Assembly (NCBI GenBank): GCA_963706595.1
Contig: OY970166.1
Span: forward strand, 1,568,001-1,632,000
Reading direction: 5' to 3'
Source of the DNA: an uncultured cyanobacterium
GTDB lineage: Bacteria > Cyanobacteriota > Cyanobacteriia > Cyanobacteriales > Nostocaceae
DNA: 64,000 nt
The notes beneath the pieces are model-generated. The model did not search any database. It worked only from the letters and a program-made list of their open reading frames with translations, and had not been told where the DNA came from. Positions within the stretch are counted from its first letter, which is position 1, and each line of letters starts with the position of its first letter. The translations under genes were made by a program, and so were the position numbers. This document shows positions 18,465 through 29,212 of this stretch, one piece after another.

Positions 18465-21400
18465 GTGAGCGACGTTACAATGTCAGTATCATCTGATACC
18501 CTGTCTACTATTCCTGGATATCGCATTATCGAACAAATCTATTCTGGCAGTAAAACCCTAGTTTATCGAGGTATCAGAGAAGCAGACCAAAAAAGCGTCA
18601 TCATCAAATTGATGCGGAATGAACACCCTACATTTGCTGAAATCTCTCAGTTCCGTAATCAGTATATCATCACCAAAAGCCTTGATATTCCTGGTATAGT
18701 CAAACCTTTAAGCTTAGAAAATTACCGCAACAGTGATGTCTTAGTGATGGAGGACTTTGGCGGCATATCGCTCAAAGATTGGGAAGTTATCAAAAATAAT
18801 CCCCAAGGAAATGGTTTAGGGTATAAAGAGTTTTTTCATATCGCTATAGAAATAGTATCTATTCTAGAGAGACTACATCGCGATAGCTTTCGCGAAGCGT
18901 GTGCTTTGCACTCAGCGCTCCACAGAAATCGCATTATTCACAAAGATATCAAACCCGCTAATATATTAATTCACCCCAGCACTCTCGAAGTGAGATTGAT
19001 AGATTTCAGTATTGCTACCTTGCTACCGAGAGAAATTCAATTCGTCACCAACCCCAATATCTTAGAAGGCACATTAGCCTATATTTCCCCCGAACAAACA
19101 GGACGGATGAACCGAGGTATTGATTACCGCAGTGACTTTTATTCCTTGGGAGTCACCTTTTTTGAACTCCTCACTGGTAAATTACCCTTCACGACCACAG
19201 ATCCCATAGAATTAGTCTACTGTCACATTGCTAAACAGCCACCCACAGCTAGCCAAATTAACCCCAATATTCCACCAATACTGTCTTTAATCATCAGCAA
19301 ACTGATGGCCAAAAATGCTGAAGACCGTTATCAGAGTGCTTACGGACTCAAGCATGACTTAGAACAATGCCGCCAGCAGTGGGAACAGACCGGAAATATC
19401 ACAACCTTCGAGTTAGCACAAAAGGATATGTCTGACCGTTTCCTGATTCCTGAAAAACTCTATGGCCGCCAAACAGAAGTAGCAAAAATACTTGCCGCTT
19501 TTGAACGTGTCAGTAGTGGCACAACAGAAATGATTTTAGTAACAGGATTTTCTGGTATTGGCAAAACATCAGTGGTTAACGAAATTCACAAACAAATTTT
19601 GAGCCAACGTAGTTACTTTATTAAAGGAAAATATGACCAATTTAAACGCGACATTCCCTTGTCAGGATTAATACAAGCATTTAGGGACTTAATCGGACAA
19701 ATACTATTGGAAACAGATGCCCAAATTCAAGAATGGCAAACTAAAATTTTGTCGGTGTTGGGGACACAAGGTCAAGTAATTATTAATGTAATTCCTGAAC
19801 TCGAATTAATTATTGGTAAGCAACCGGAGGTGGCAGAAATATCTGGTAGTGCCGCCGAAAATCGATTCAATTTATTATTGCGAAGATTTATTCAAATCTT
19901 CATGACTAAGGAACATCCTTTGGTAATATTTTTAGATGACTTGCAATGGGCTGATATAACTTCATTGAAATTAATTCAGTTATTAATTAGTCAAAATAAT
20001 ACAATTAGAGAAAATATGAGCTTGAGTGTTTCCCTAACAAGTGAAACAAGTCTCTTAATGATTGGTGCTTATCGGGATAAAGAAGTGGTAAAGCCACATC
20101 CCCTAAATTTTGCTCTCGAAGAGATGAAAAACTCTGGAGCAGTCATTCATACTATCACGTTAACATCTTTAAATCAAGGAGATTTAAATCGTTTAATTGC
20201 TGATAGTTTGCGGTGTGGAGAGAATCAAGCGATCGCCCTGACACAAATGGTATTTGCTAAAACTAAGGGTAATCCTTTCTTTATCCATGAATTTCTCAAA
20301 TGCCTACATAAAGATGGACTAATTCAATTTAATTTTGAACTGGGTTATTGGCAATATGACCTATCAAAAATTCAGGCGTTAGCACTGACGGATGATGTGG
20401 TTAAATTCATGTCTATTCAACTGATGAAGTTGCCCAAGCAAACTCAGCAAATTCTCAAATTAGCAGCCTGCATAGGTAACAAATTCGACTTAAAAACTCT
20501 TGCCATCGTATATGAGCAATTAGCAGTAGATACAGCCTCAGATTTATGGCCAGCATTACTTCAAGGGCTAGTTCTACCGCAATCTGAAACATACAATTTA
20601 GTCGCAAAAAGTAGTGATCATCAAAGAAGCACTCTTAGCCAGAGTCACAACCAACTACCAATATATAAATTTATACATGACCGGGTACAACAAGCTGCTT
20701 ATTCTTTAATTCCCGAACACCAAAAACAGTCAATTCATTTAAAAATTGGGCAACTGCTGTTAAAAAATATCCCCATGACTGAACGGGAAGAACTAATTTT
20801 TGATCTGGTAAATCAATTTAATATCGCCATACCAATAATTCATCTTCCTGGCGATCGCGAGCAGCTAGCCCAGATGAATCTAGTTGCTGGGCGTAAAGCT
20901 TTGGCATCAATAGCTTTTCTCTCGGCGCTGAAGTATTTAAATACTGGAATTAAACTACTTGCAGATGATAGCTGGGAGACACAATATGAGCTAACTTTGG
21001 CTTTGCATGAAACAGCAGCAGAGGCGGCGTACTTAGGTGGCAATTTTGAGGAGATGGAGCAATTAGCAGAGGAAGTACTGCAAAGAGCGAACACCCTGCT
21101 AGAGAAAGTCAAAGTCTATGAAATCAAGATTCAGGCTTATACATCGCAGAATAGATTGTTGGAAGCGATTGCGATCGCTCGGCAAGTATTAGAATATTTT
21201 GGACTAACTTTCCCACAGTCACCGACCGAAAATGATATCCAGCAAGGTCTTGAGGAAACCACAGCACTACTTGCAGATAAAACTGCTGAAGATTTGATCA
21301 ACTTGCCGTTGATGACCTCTGCAAACAAATTGGCAATCATTCGGATCGTATCAAGTATGATTCCTCCGACTTACATTGCAGACCCCTTATTATTCCCATT

Positions 21401-24104
21401 AATCATTCTGTCACAAGTTAAGTTATCAATCCACTACGGTAATGCTCCTTTATCTGCTTTTTGCTACGCATCTTATGGCATCATTTTAAATGGAATTCAG
21501 AAAGATATTGAAACAGCAGTTAAATTTGGTAGTTTAGCTCTGAAATTAGTTGATAAATTTAATTACAAAAATATCAAAAATAAAATTTTATATGTTCTAG
21601 GAGCATTTATTTTCCATGGTAAATCTCATGTCCAAGAAGCTCTGCCAATTTTGTTAGAGGGATATAAAACTTCCCTAGAAAATGGAGATTTTGAATTTGT
21701 TGGCTACTGTGTAAAAGATATTTGTCAACACTCATATTTGATGGGTCAAGAATTAACAACCCTTGAACAAGAAATTATAAACTACAGTAGTGTTTTAAAA
21801 AAAATCAAGCAAGCAACCACATTAAACTATTGCCTCATCTGTTTACAATCTGTTTCTACATTGCTGAAAAGTGAAGAAAATACCTGTAGTCCATTGAGCA
21901 ATTTATACAACGAAGATAAGTTAATAGAATTCCTTATAGAAATAAAGGATATTACTGGAATTTATCACTTGTATTTCTATAAGCTGATACTGTGCTACTT
22001 ATTTGAAAATTTTTCCCAAGCAAAAAAGAATGCCAATCAAGCAAGACTTTACTTAGGAGGAGGAACAGGGTTTATTAGTATACCTGTATTTTATTTTTAT
22101 GATTCTTTAACAAGTTTAGCCATATATCCAAACATTAAAAATGAGCAAGATATTCTCCTTAAGCAGGTAGCAGATAATCAAATAAAGTTAAAGCAATTTG
22201 CAGATCATGCTCCAATGAATTACCTGCATAAGTTTTATTTAGTAGAGGCAGAGAAATGTCGAGTTAAAGGTGAATATTTCCAAGGAATAGAATTATATGA
22301 TCAAGCTATTTCTCTAGCCAAAGAACACAAGTATCTTAATGAAGAAGCTCTTGCTTCTGAACTTGCAGCAAAGTTTTATCTGGAATGGGGAAAAACAAAG
22401 ATTGCTCAAACTTATATAATTGATGCCTACTACGGCTACATTCGCTGGGGAGCAATGGCTAAAGTTGCTGATTTGCTAAAACGCTATCCCCAATTGCTAG
22501 CTCCCATACTCCAGCCAGAAAAGTTTAGCCTCTATCCCAGTCCGATAAATACTTCTTCTAGTGATCAATCTCTATTAAGTGTTAGCAACCACCAAACAGC
22601 CATTAGCTCTAACACAAGTATTTCAGACTCTTTAGATTTGGCTGCTGTCATCAAGGTATCTCAAGCACTTTCTGGGGAAATAGATCTGGATAAACTGCTT
22701 GCTACCATGATGAAAGTTGTGATGGAGAACGCGGGAGCCTCTAAATCAGCTTTGATTTTGAACAAAGATGAAAAATTGCATTTAATGGTTACTGCTATTA
22801 CTTCAAGTTCAAATACTGCGACTATTGAGACAAACTTTTCATCAATACACTTGGAGTTGAGCCGCGATGTTCCTATTACTTTGATACAATACGTCAAACG
22901 CACCCTGGAAGTATTTGTAACTGATGATGCTAAAAGTGTGACATTTTTAGCAGGCGATCGCTACATTCTTAGAGAGCAACCTCAGAGTTTGCTATGTATC
23001 CCCATTATCAATCAAGGTAAATTGCTGGGGATTATTTATCTAGAGAATCATCTTACCATAGGAGCATTTACAGGCGATCGCGTCGAAGTCCTAAAACTCT
23101 TGACCACCCAAGCCGCAATCTCCCTAGAGAATGCTATGCTGTATAAAAATTTAGCCCAAGCAAATCAGCAATTAGAAGAATATAATCATTCTTTAGAAGA
23201 AAACGTAGCGCAGAGAACGCAGCAACTCAACGAAAAAAATCAAAGTTTGCAAGAAGCACTCTTAGAGCTACAAAGTACCCAAGCCCAATTGATTCAAAGT
23301 GAAAAAATGTCTTCCTTGGGGCAAATGGTAGCAGGAATTGCTCATGAAATCAATAATCCCATCAACTTTATTCATGGTAATATTGTCCATCTTAATCAGT
23401 ATGTGCAAGATTTACTAGACTTTATTGCCATCTGTCAACAAGAACATTCTCAACATTCAAATCTAGTTAAAAACAAAGCCGCAGATATTGACTTAGAATT
23501 TTTGGTAAAAGACTTACCAAAAATTCTTAATTCCATGAAAGCTGGGAGTTCACGTATACAGAATATTATTTTGGGTTTACGCAACTTTTCCCGCCTTGAT
23601 GAATCTCAAATGAAACCTGTAGATATTCACGAAGGTATTGATAATACCTTAATGTTTTTGGCGCATCGCCTCCAGAAAAATATTGACTATCCAGAAATTC
23701 AAGTTATAAAAACTTATGCAAAACTCCCACGAGTTAATTGTTGTGCTAGTCAAATGAATCAGGTATTTATGAATATTTTAAACAATGCCATTGATGCTTT
23801 AGAAGATTCATTAATCAATCAAAAAATCACAGACAAGCCCGTAATTCGTATTTCCACTAAACTCATAGATACAAAGATGTTGAGAATTACCATTGCTGAT
23901 AACGCTGATGGGATGACAACCAAGGTACAAGAAAAAATATTTGACCCATTTTTTACTACTAAGCCCATAGGAAGTGGGACGGGTTTGGGATTATCTATTA
24001 GTTATCAGATTATTGTGGAGCAGCACAAAGGTCAGCTAACCTGTAATTCTTCTCCTGGAAATGGCACAGAGTTTATTATCGATATTCCATTACAGATGAA
24101 ATAG
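18465..24104 (+). CDS. Ser/Thr kinase-AAA ATPase-GAF-histidine kinase (HstK-type) protein
   Basis: HKDIKPAN, DFS, YISPEQTGR; P-loop GFSGIGKT; FLDDLQWAD; GAF; AGIAHEINNP; FFTTK..GTGLGL. Confidence 0.95.
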   Translation: MSDVTMSVSSDTLSTIPGYRIIEQIYSGSKTLVYRGIREADQKSVIIKLMRNEHPTFAEISQFRNQYIITKSLDIPGIVKPLSLENYRNSDVLVMEDFGGISLKDWEVIKNNPQGNGLGYKEFFHIAIEIVSILERLHRDSFREACALHSALHRNRIIHKDIKPANILIHPSTLEVRLIDFSIATLLPREIQFVTNPNILEGTLAYISPEQTGRMNRGIDYRSDFYSLGVTFFELLTGKLPFTTTDPIELVYCHIAKQPPTASQINPNIPPILSLIISKLMAKNAEDRYQSAYGLKHDLEQCRQQWEQTGNITTFELAQKDMSDRFLIPEKLYGRQTEVAKILAAFERVSSGTTEMILVTGFSGIGKTSVVNEIHKQILSQRSYFIKGKYDQFKRDIPLSGLIQAFRDLIGQILLETDAQIQEWQTKILSVLGTQGQVIINVIPELELIIGKQPEVAEISGSAAENRFNLLLRRFIQIFMTKEHPLVIFLDDLQWADITSLKLIQLLISQNNTIRENMSLSVSLTSETSLLMIGAYRDKEVVKPHPLNFALEEMKNSGAVIHTITLTSLNQGDLNRLIADSLRCGENQAIALTQMVFAKTKGNPFFIHEFLKCLHKDGLIQFNFELGYWQYDLSKIQALALTDDVVKFMSIQLMKLPKQTQQILKLAACIGNKFDLKTLAIVYEQLAVDTASDLWPALLQGLVLPQSETYNLVAKSSDHQRSTLSQSHNQLPIYKFIHDRVQQAAYSLIPEHQKQSIHLKIGQLLLKNIPMTEREELIFDLVNQFNIAIPIIHLPGDREQLAQMNLVAGRKALASIAFLSALKYLNTGIKLLADDSWETQYELTLALHETAAEAAYLGGNFEEMEQLAEEVLQRANTLLEKVKVYEIKIQAYTSQNRLLEAIAIARQVLEYFGLTFPQSPTENDIQQGLEETTALLADKTAEDLINLPLMTSANKLAIIRIVSSMIPPTYIADPLLFPLIILSQVKLSIHYGNAPLSAFCYASYGIILNGIQKDIETAVKFGSLALKLVDKFNYKNIKNKILYVLGAFIFHGKSHVQEALPILLEGYKTSLENGDFEFVGYCVKDICQHSYLMGQELTTLEQEIINYSSVLKKIKQATTLNYCLICLQSVSTLLKSEENTCSPLSNLYNEDKLIEFLIEIKDITGIYHLYFYKLILCYLFENFSQAKKNANQARLYLGGGTGFISIPVFYFYDSLTSLAIYPNIKNEQDILLKQVADNQIKLKQFADHAPMNYLHKFYLVEAEKCRVKGEYFQGIELYDQAISLAKEHKYLNEEALASELAAKFYLEWGKTKIAQTYIIDAYYGYIRWGAMAKVADLLKRYPQLLAPILQPEKFSLYPSPINTSSSDQSLLSVSNHQTAISSNTSISDSLDLAAVIKVSQALSGEIDLDKLLATMMKVVMENAGASKSALILNKDEKLHLMVTAITSSSNTATIETNFSSIHLELSRDVPITLIQYVKRTLEVFVTDDAKSVTFLAGDRYILREQPQSLLCIPIINQGKLLGIIYLENHLTIGAFTGDRVEVLKLLTTQAAISLENAMLYKNLAQANQQLEEYNHSLEENVAQRTQQLNEKNQSLQEALLELQSTQAQLIQSEKMSSLGQMVAGIAHEINNPINFIHGNIVHLNQYVQDLLDFIAICQQEHSQHSNLVKNKAADIDLEFLVKDLPKILNSMKAGSSRIQNIILGLRNFSRLDESQMKPVDIHEGIDNTLMFLAHRLQKNIDYPEIQVIKTYAKLPRVNCCASQMNQVFMNILNNAIDALEDSLINQKITDKPVIRISTKLIDTKMLRITIADNADGMTTKVQEKIFDPFFTTKPIGSGTGLGLSISYQIIVEQHKGQLTCNSSPGNGTEFIIDIPLQMK

Positions 24105-24174
24105 TAAATTCATGTGAGGTTTTAGATGAATTTACTATTTATTAATTATCGGTATATGATACTATTTAATGCAT

Positions 24175-24957
24175 TCAGCTTGAAGCTAACAATTGACCAT
24201 GCTGAATTTGAGAATTTCCTGTTAGTTGTTGAAGAGCTTCACCATTTGGATGATTGAATGGTTGTTTAATGTGATTTTTTTTAGCATTGATTAGCAGGCT
24301 ATCTACTAATATGCTAAATAAATCAAAGACTTGATTAACCAATTGCAAAGATTCTTTCAAAGTCTCTGTATCTAGATGAATATTTGTAATTATCTCCGCA
24401 GTTTTAGATGTGTACATTTGATGGTTAGACTCGGTGACGATATGATAACTACCAAAATATGGGTATTCTCTATTAGTAGTCAGTTTTAGTTCTTCAGTAA
24501 CTTGTGCCGTTGTTGAGAGAAAAATATCTGCTATTGCTTCTATTGCTTCTATCACGACCAACTTATGAATAGGACTAGCTTGAGCAGTATAGCGATATAT
24601 TTCATGGATTGTCTGCCGTGAAATCTGTGTTTCATCACTCCAAAGAAATTTCAAGCTGTCGTTGAGATTTAAGGATGAATTAAACTCTAACAATTGCAAA
24701 TCTTCCAAGAACCAGATCCAGTGATGATCATCTTCGTGAGTATATTCGTTGATGATAACTTGAATCGGATCACTGTTTGTTTCGTCTCGCCAAACGTATT
24801 TATTCAACTCTGCGAAACCCATGACAAAGGGAGCAAAGTAAGGAGCAAAAGCCAGTCTTTGCATTGGGTCTATGCTTTTGTCTTGTAAAAACTTAATAAA
24901 TGGTGTTTGGCGGAATTGTTGCTTCTTCTCTGCAATTAATGCCAAGACTAATTTCAT
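24175..24957 (-). CDS. Heme-oxygenase-like diiron oxidase (HDO), AetD-like
   Basis: EDDHHW (D76/H79), IEAIE (E140) and HxxxExxH (H172/E176/H179) diiron ligand pattern. Confidence 0.75.
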   Translation of the reverse strand: MKLVLALIAEKKQQFRQTPFIKFLQDKSIDPMQRLAFAPYFAPFVMGFAELNKYVWRDETNSDPIQVIINEYTHEDDHHWIWFLEDLQLLEFNSSLNLNDSLKFLWSDETQISRQTIHEIYRYTAQASPIHKLVVIEAIEAIADIFLSTTAQVTEELKLTTNREYPYFGSYHIVTESNHQMYTSKTAEIITNIHLDTETLKESLQLVNQVFDLFSILVDSLLINAKKNHIKQPFNHPNGEALQQLTGNSQIQHGQLLASS

Positions 24958-25250
24958 TGTTTTACCCTCTAGATTTTAGGAATTCCAGGTTGAATACAGT
25001 TGACGGCAACAACACGCTTTATAGACTGCGTGTGAACTTATCTTGAATTTGAATGGTCAAAATTAAACTTACCTCCGTAGTATTTAATAATTACTTTAAA
25101 AATTTAACTGTGATTTTACGTGACTTTTTGGGAAATATTAATTTTTATTAGTACAAAATAAATTACACTAAGAGTTTTATTTAGTAATTTTACTTAGAAA
25201 GCAACACAATTTATTTGGAGATGTCCATTTGGCGGTGAACAGCAAAAAGT

Positions 25251-25281
25251 AAAAAAACCGCACCTATAAATGTCAGTGCGG
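25251..25281 (-). terminator. Probable intrinsic terminator
   Basis: CCGCAC/GTGCGG stem next to an A7 run (U-tract on the minus strand), downstream of 25420-26181. Confidence 0.5.
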
Positions 25282-25419
25282 CTGCAAAAAATGGTCATCT
25301 AAAATGCCAAGTCCTGGGAAACGCTCTACTTTCAACGAAAAGGCGGAGGGGAAGGGAGCAGGCTTGCCTCTTTTTCAATTCAGACTGCCGATGTTTTCAT
25401 GGAGTTTTGGATGTTACAC

Positions 25420-26181
25420 TTATATGGGTAAGTTCAAATCAGATGCGATCGCACCAAAATAAGGTTGAAAAATTGCCAAATTTTCTAGCTCATCGAATTT
25501 ACCGATGGTCGAGCCGGGAGCAAAAGCTGTGGTAATTACATATATAGCCTGACCATCAAAGGCCGCATGACTGATATGTTGCTCATGTACTCCACCCTCT
25601 GGCTTAATTCCGACAAACCCGTAGCGTATTCCCTGAAGTTTACCAACTGATGCTTGTTGTGTTGGGTAGGCTGAAAACACAATTTTGTTTTTATAAGTAT
25701 CCTGACGGTCTTTCACAGCAGTAGCGTTTAAATCTGCAACCCAAGCCTTCAATGCTGTTAATAACTGCTTTTGGGACTCAGGACTTTGGTAATCTACTTG
25801 AGTATCGAGTGGAATACCCGCATCTGCCAGATTTTGGGGGAAACTTGGATTCTCTTTCACCGGGTAAACACTGATTTCCACCGTACCCAAAACTTTTTCT
25901 TGAGAGGAAACACACAGTAGAGGGGCGTTTCCCTCACAAGGTGCAACTTTCCAACCATTTGGGGTAGGTGTTTTCCCCAAAATTTTCTTCCAAGTATTTT
26001 CTGCTTTGGAATTGGGAGTGGTTGAAGCAGTTGTTGGAGGAGAATTGCTTTGAGTTATCGTTGCTACAGCACTTGGATTTTCGACAACCGCAGGAGAAAA
26101 CCGGGGGAGAATAGTTTTGACTCCCACTGGTGTTAAAGCTAATAAAAAAGCTCCGATAAACAGATGATAAACGCGCAACAT
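25420..26181 (-). CDS. Hypothetical exported protein
   Basis: N-terminal hydrophobic signal, S/T/P linker, globular C-terminus. Confidence 0.7.
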   Translation of the reverse strand: MLRVYHLFIGAFLLALTPVGVKTILPRFSPAVVENPSAVATITQSNSPPTTASTTPNSKAENTWKKILGKTPTPNGWKVAPCEGNAPLLCVSSQEKVLGTVEISVYPVKENPSFPQNLADAGIPLDTQVDYQSPESQKQLLTALKAWVADLNATAVKDRQDTYKNKIVFSAYPTQQASVGKLQGIRYGFVGIKPEGGVHEQHISHAAFDGQAIYVITTAFAPGSTIGKFDELENLAIFQPYFGAIASDLNLPI

Positions 26182-26259
26182 TTTTCGTGATAATCCTGAG
26201 CCAGAACTTGCAGACTAATAGTATCCACCACACCTTGTGAGTATACAAGAAGATACATC

Positions 26260-26305
26260 TGGGGAGTGGGGAGTGGGGAGTGGGGGGTGGGGAGTGGGGA
26301 GTGGG
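26260..26305. repeat. STRR heptamer tandem repeat (GGGGAGT)
   Basis: About 6 tandem copies. Confidence 0.9.
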
Positions 26306-26389
26306 AAACAGCTTTTTGAGTTGTAAGCGCAAAGCGCAGGCTACGCCAACAGAAATCAAATAGGAGTCCTATATTTATGGCTGTTAGTT

Positions 26390-27241
26390 TTAATTAGCAA
26401 ACTGTGCTAATAACTTTTCAGATGTGTCACATAGTAGTTGGTGATGCTCACCGTTACTCGCCAGCAAACCACCCCACTGATTAATATCTTCGGTGTTATA
26501 TGCCAACAAACTGCCATCGAAGTGTGTAAACTTACCACCAGCTTCTGTTAAAACTAGTTCTGGGGCGGCTATATCCCAATCTTTAGGGGCAGATTTCCCG
26601 GAAAGAGAAACGTAGACATCCGCCTGTTGTTCCAGAATAGCGACAACTTTGCAGCCTATACTGCCTACAGATTTGTATTTTTGACAAGGAAAGTTTTGTA
26701 ATAAGTAATCTAAAGATTCATTGCGGTGAGAGCGACTGGCAACTACAGTTAAATCTGCCACAGGCTTACCTGAAGACACTTGAATGGGAGCAAAGCCATT
26801 CCGGGTTTCCACAAATGTACCCCCACCTTTGGTAGCAAAGTATAACTTTTCTGTTTCTGGGACGGCAACTACTGCTAAAATTGGACGCTTTTCTTTGACT
26901 AAAGCGATGTGAATGGCATACTCCCCAGTTTTTTCAATAAAGTCTCGCGTACCATCTAAAGGATCAATAATCCATACCAATTCAGGGGATTCTTTACTCA
27001 GTTGTGATTGATAGGTTTCTTCACTGATATAGGCAAAATCTTCTTTACCCAAAGCTGCTTGTAACTTTTCTAGAATATATTGACTCACGGCTACATCTGC
27101 AACAGTTACAGGCTCATTCTGTTTGTACTGCACATCTAGATTCGGGTCTTTTGCAGTGCCGTGGTAATAAGACCTGAGTATATCTGATGCACCCCAACTT
27201 ATTTCACGAGCGATCGCTAATATTTCTTGCAAGTCTTTCAT
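26390..27241 (-). CDS. cysQ: 3'(2'),5'-bisphosphate nucleotidase (CysQ/inositol monophosphatase family)
   Basis: PVTVAD, ISEE, WIIDPLDGTRDF, WDIAA. Confidence 0.9.
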   Translation of the reverse strand: MKDLQEILAIAREISWGASDILRSYYHGTAKDPNLDVQYKQNEPVTVADVAVSQYILEKLQAALGKEDFAYISEETYQSQLSKESPELVWIIDPLDGTRDFIEKTGEYAIHIALVKEKRPILAVVAVPETEKLYFATKGGGTFVETRNGFAPIQVSSGKPVADLTVVASRSHRNESLDYLLQNFPCQKYKSVGSIGCKVVAILEQQADVYVSLSGKSAPKDWDIAAPELVLTEAGGKFTHFDGSLLAYNTEDINQWGGLLASNGEHHQLLCDTSEKLLAQFAN

Positions 27242-27291
27242 TCATTCTGCCTTAATTACTGAACTTAGTCTACTCTCTTGTACAGACACCA

Positions 27292-28173
27292 TTAATCGCA
27301 TTTCCCAGTTTCCATCCAGCGACGCGTCCCAAAAAATTCACAGGAGTTAGCAGCAATTTTAGCAGCCTGTGCTAAAGCATCAGTAAAACTTGCCTGTAAA
27401 ATATAATGACAGAAAGCACCGTGAAAAATATCCCCAGCCCCTAGAGTATCAACCGGCTGGATTTGCGGTACATCCACAACACCGATTTGAGTGGAAGATA
27501 AATATTTAATCGGGTTTTCTCCGTGGGTAATGGCGATGTGGGGAATGTCAAATGTACTTAAGTAGGTAAATACCTCTGCTTCAGTGCGGCAGTTAGGGGG
27601 ATAGAAATTAGCCGAACACAGGGCATAATCAACGAAAGGCAAAATTTGCTCAAATCCTGGTTTCCAACTTCCACCGTCAATAACTATGGGGATATTTTTA
27701 GCTTTAGCTGTTTCCGCTATGGTGAGGCTAACGCCCATCTGATGCCCATCAATTAAAACAATATTAATATCCTGTAAAATATCTGGCGGGATAGATGTTT
27801 TACTTGCTTGACTTTTGGCAGCATTTATGGAAACTACAGCACGTTCACCTGTGGCTTGGGTAATCATGATTGAAGATACAGGTGGGGCTGTACTTATAGT
27901 AGGCTGAAGATCAGCGATCGCCACTTGATAATTAGCCAAATCTTCTCGAATCAGTTGCGTCATCCCATGAGAACCCAGCACACCTAAAACTTGAGCTTGA
28001 TTACCTAAATAACTGAAGGTGACAGCCGCATTGGTAGCGGGTCCACCGGCTGCTAAAGTATAGTCAGTAGCGACAATCTTTTGATTATTTCTAGGGGCAG
28101 AATCAGCGAGGTAAATTAAATCCAAGGTGACTAAACCGACAAATAACCCACGCTGGGATTTAAGATTATTCAT
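27292..28173 (-). CDS. PfkB family carbohydrate kinase
   Basis: GGPATNAA and DTLGAGDIFHGAF. Confidence 0.9.
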   Translation of the reverse strand: MNNLKSQRGLFVGLVTLDLIYLADSAPRNNQKIVATDYTLAAGGPATNAAVTFSYLGNQAQVLGVLGSHGMTQLIREDLANYQVAIADLQPTISTAPPVSSIMITQATGERAVVSINAAKSQASKTSIPPDILQDINIVLIDGHQMGVSLTIAETAKAKNIPIVIDGGSWKPGFEQILPFVDYALCSANFYPPNCRTEAEVFTYLSTFDIPHIAITHGENPIKYLSSTQIGVVDVPQIQPVDTLGAGDIFHGAFCHYILQASFTDALAQAAKIAANSCEFFGTRRWMETGKCD

Positions 28174-28203
28174 TTGTTTAACCTAGCTTTTATTTTCTCA
28201 CTC

Positions 28204-29061
28204 ATGCAGACTGACCCCAAACCAGGAACACTTTACATCGTCGGTACACCAATTGGCAACCTGGAAGATATCACCTTTCGGGCGGTGCGAATTTTGCAAA
28301 CGGTAAATTTAATTGCAGCCGAAGATACTCGCCACACAGGGAAACTACTACAACATTTTCAAGTTAAAACACCCCAGATAAGTTACCACGAACACAATAG
28401 CCATAGCCGCATCCCGGAATTATTAGAGTATATGGCAAATGGGCAGGCGATCGCTCTAGTTAGTGATGCGGGAATGCCGGGAATTTCTGATCCTGGTTAT
28501 GAATTGGTGAAAGCTTGCGTTGAAGCGGGTGTAACTGTTGTACCTATTCCGGGCGCAAGTGCCGCAATTACGGCTTTAAGTGCAGCCGGCTTACCTACAG
28601 ACAGGTTTGTTTTTGAAGGCTTTCTGCCAGCTAAGGCGCAAAAACGGCGGGAATACTTAGAATTGATTCAGGCAGAATCTCGCACTTTAATTTTCTACGA
28701 ATCACCGCACAGGTTACGAGAAAGTTTACAAGACTTTGCCACTGTTTGGGGAAGCGATCGCCAAATTGTCCTGGCACGGGAGTTAACTAAATTATACGAA
28801 GAATTTTGGCGCGGAACCATTGCCGAGGCGATCGCACATTACAGCCAACGTGAACCCCAAGGCGAATATACCTTAGTTCTGGCTGGAATTACTGCCAGTC
28901 AACCCCAACTCACAGAAGAACAATTAAAAGCCGAATTACTCCAGATTATCAGTCAGGGAACATCGCGATCGCAAGCCAGCCGACAATTAGCAAAAATGAC
29001 TTCTTTACCCCGTCGCCAACTTTATCAACTAGCCCTTTCCTTAGAAATCAATCCTGAGTAA
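28204..29061 (+). CDS. rsmI: 16S rRNA (cytidine1402-2'-O)-methyltransferase
   Basis: GTPIGNLEDIT, AAEDTR, SDAGMPGISDPG, YESPHR, ARELTK. Confidence 0.95.
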   Translation: MQTDPKPGTLYIVGTPIGNLEDITFRAVRILQTVNLIAAEDTRHTGKLLQHFQVKTPQISYHEHNSHSRIPELLEYMANGQAIALVSDAGMPGISDPGYELVKACVEAGVTVVPIPGASAAITALSAAGLPTDRFVFEGFLPAKAQKRREYLELIQAESRTLIFYESPHRLRESLQDFATVWGSDRQIVLARELTKLYEEFWRGTIAEAIAHYSQREPQGEYTLVLAGITASQPQLTEEQLKAELLQIISQGTSRSQASRQLAKMTSLPRRQLYQLALSLEINPE

Positions 29062-29212
29062 CTCAACCCAATCAGATCATAGAAATTTAGCAACCGTATA
29101 TTTACATAATTTCAATTAAATTAAGTAAAATAAAATTTTCATAAACTCCAATATTTTGAGAACAATCACCATATAATTAACTGTATAATTTGCATCTTCC
29201 ACTAAAAAAAAT

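Noticed and set aside
25076..25170. NtcA boxes upstream of the AetD-like gene
   Set aside because: The GTA...TAC spacings found are 9-10 nt, not the required 8
25934..26359. 141-aa ORF with PTPHS repeats
   Set aside because: STRR-derived and overlaps a better ORF out of frame
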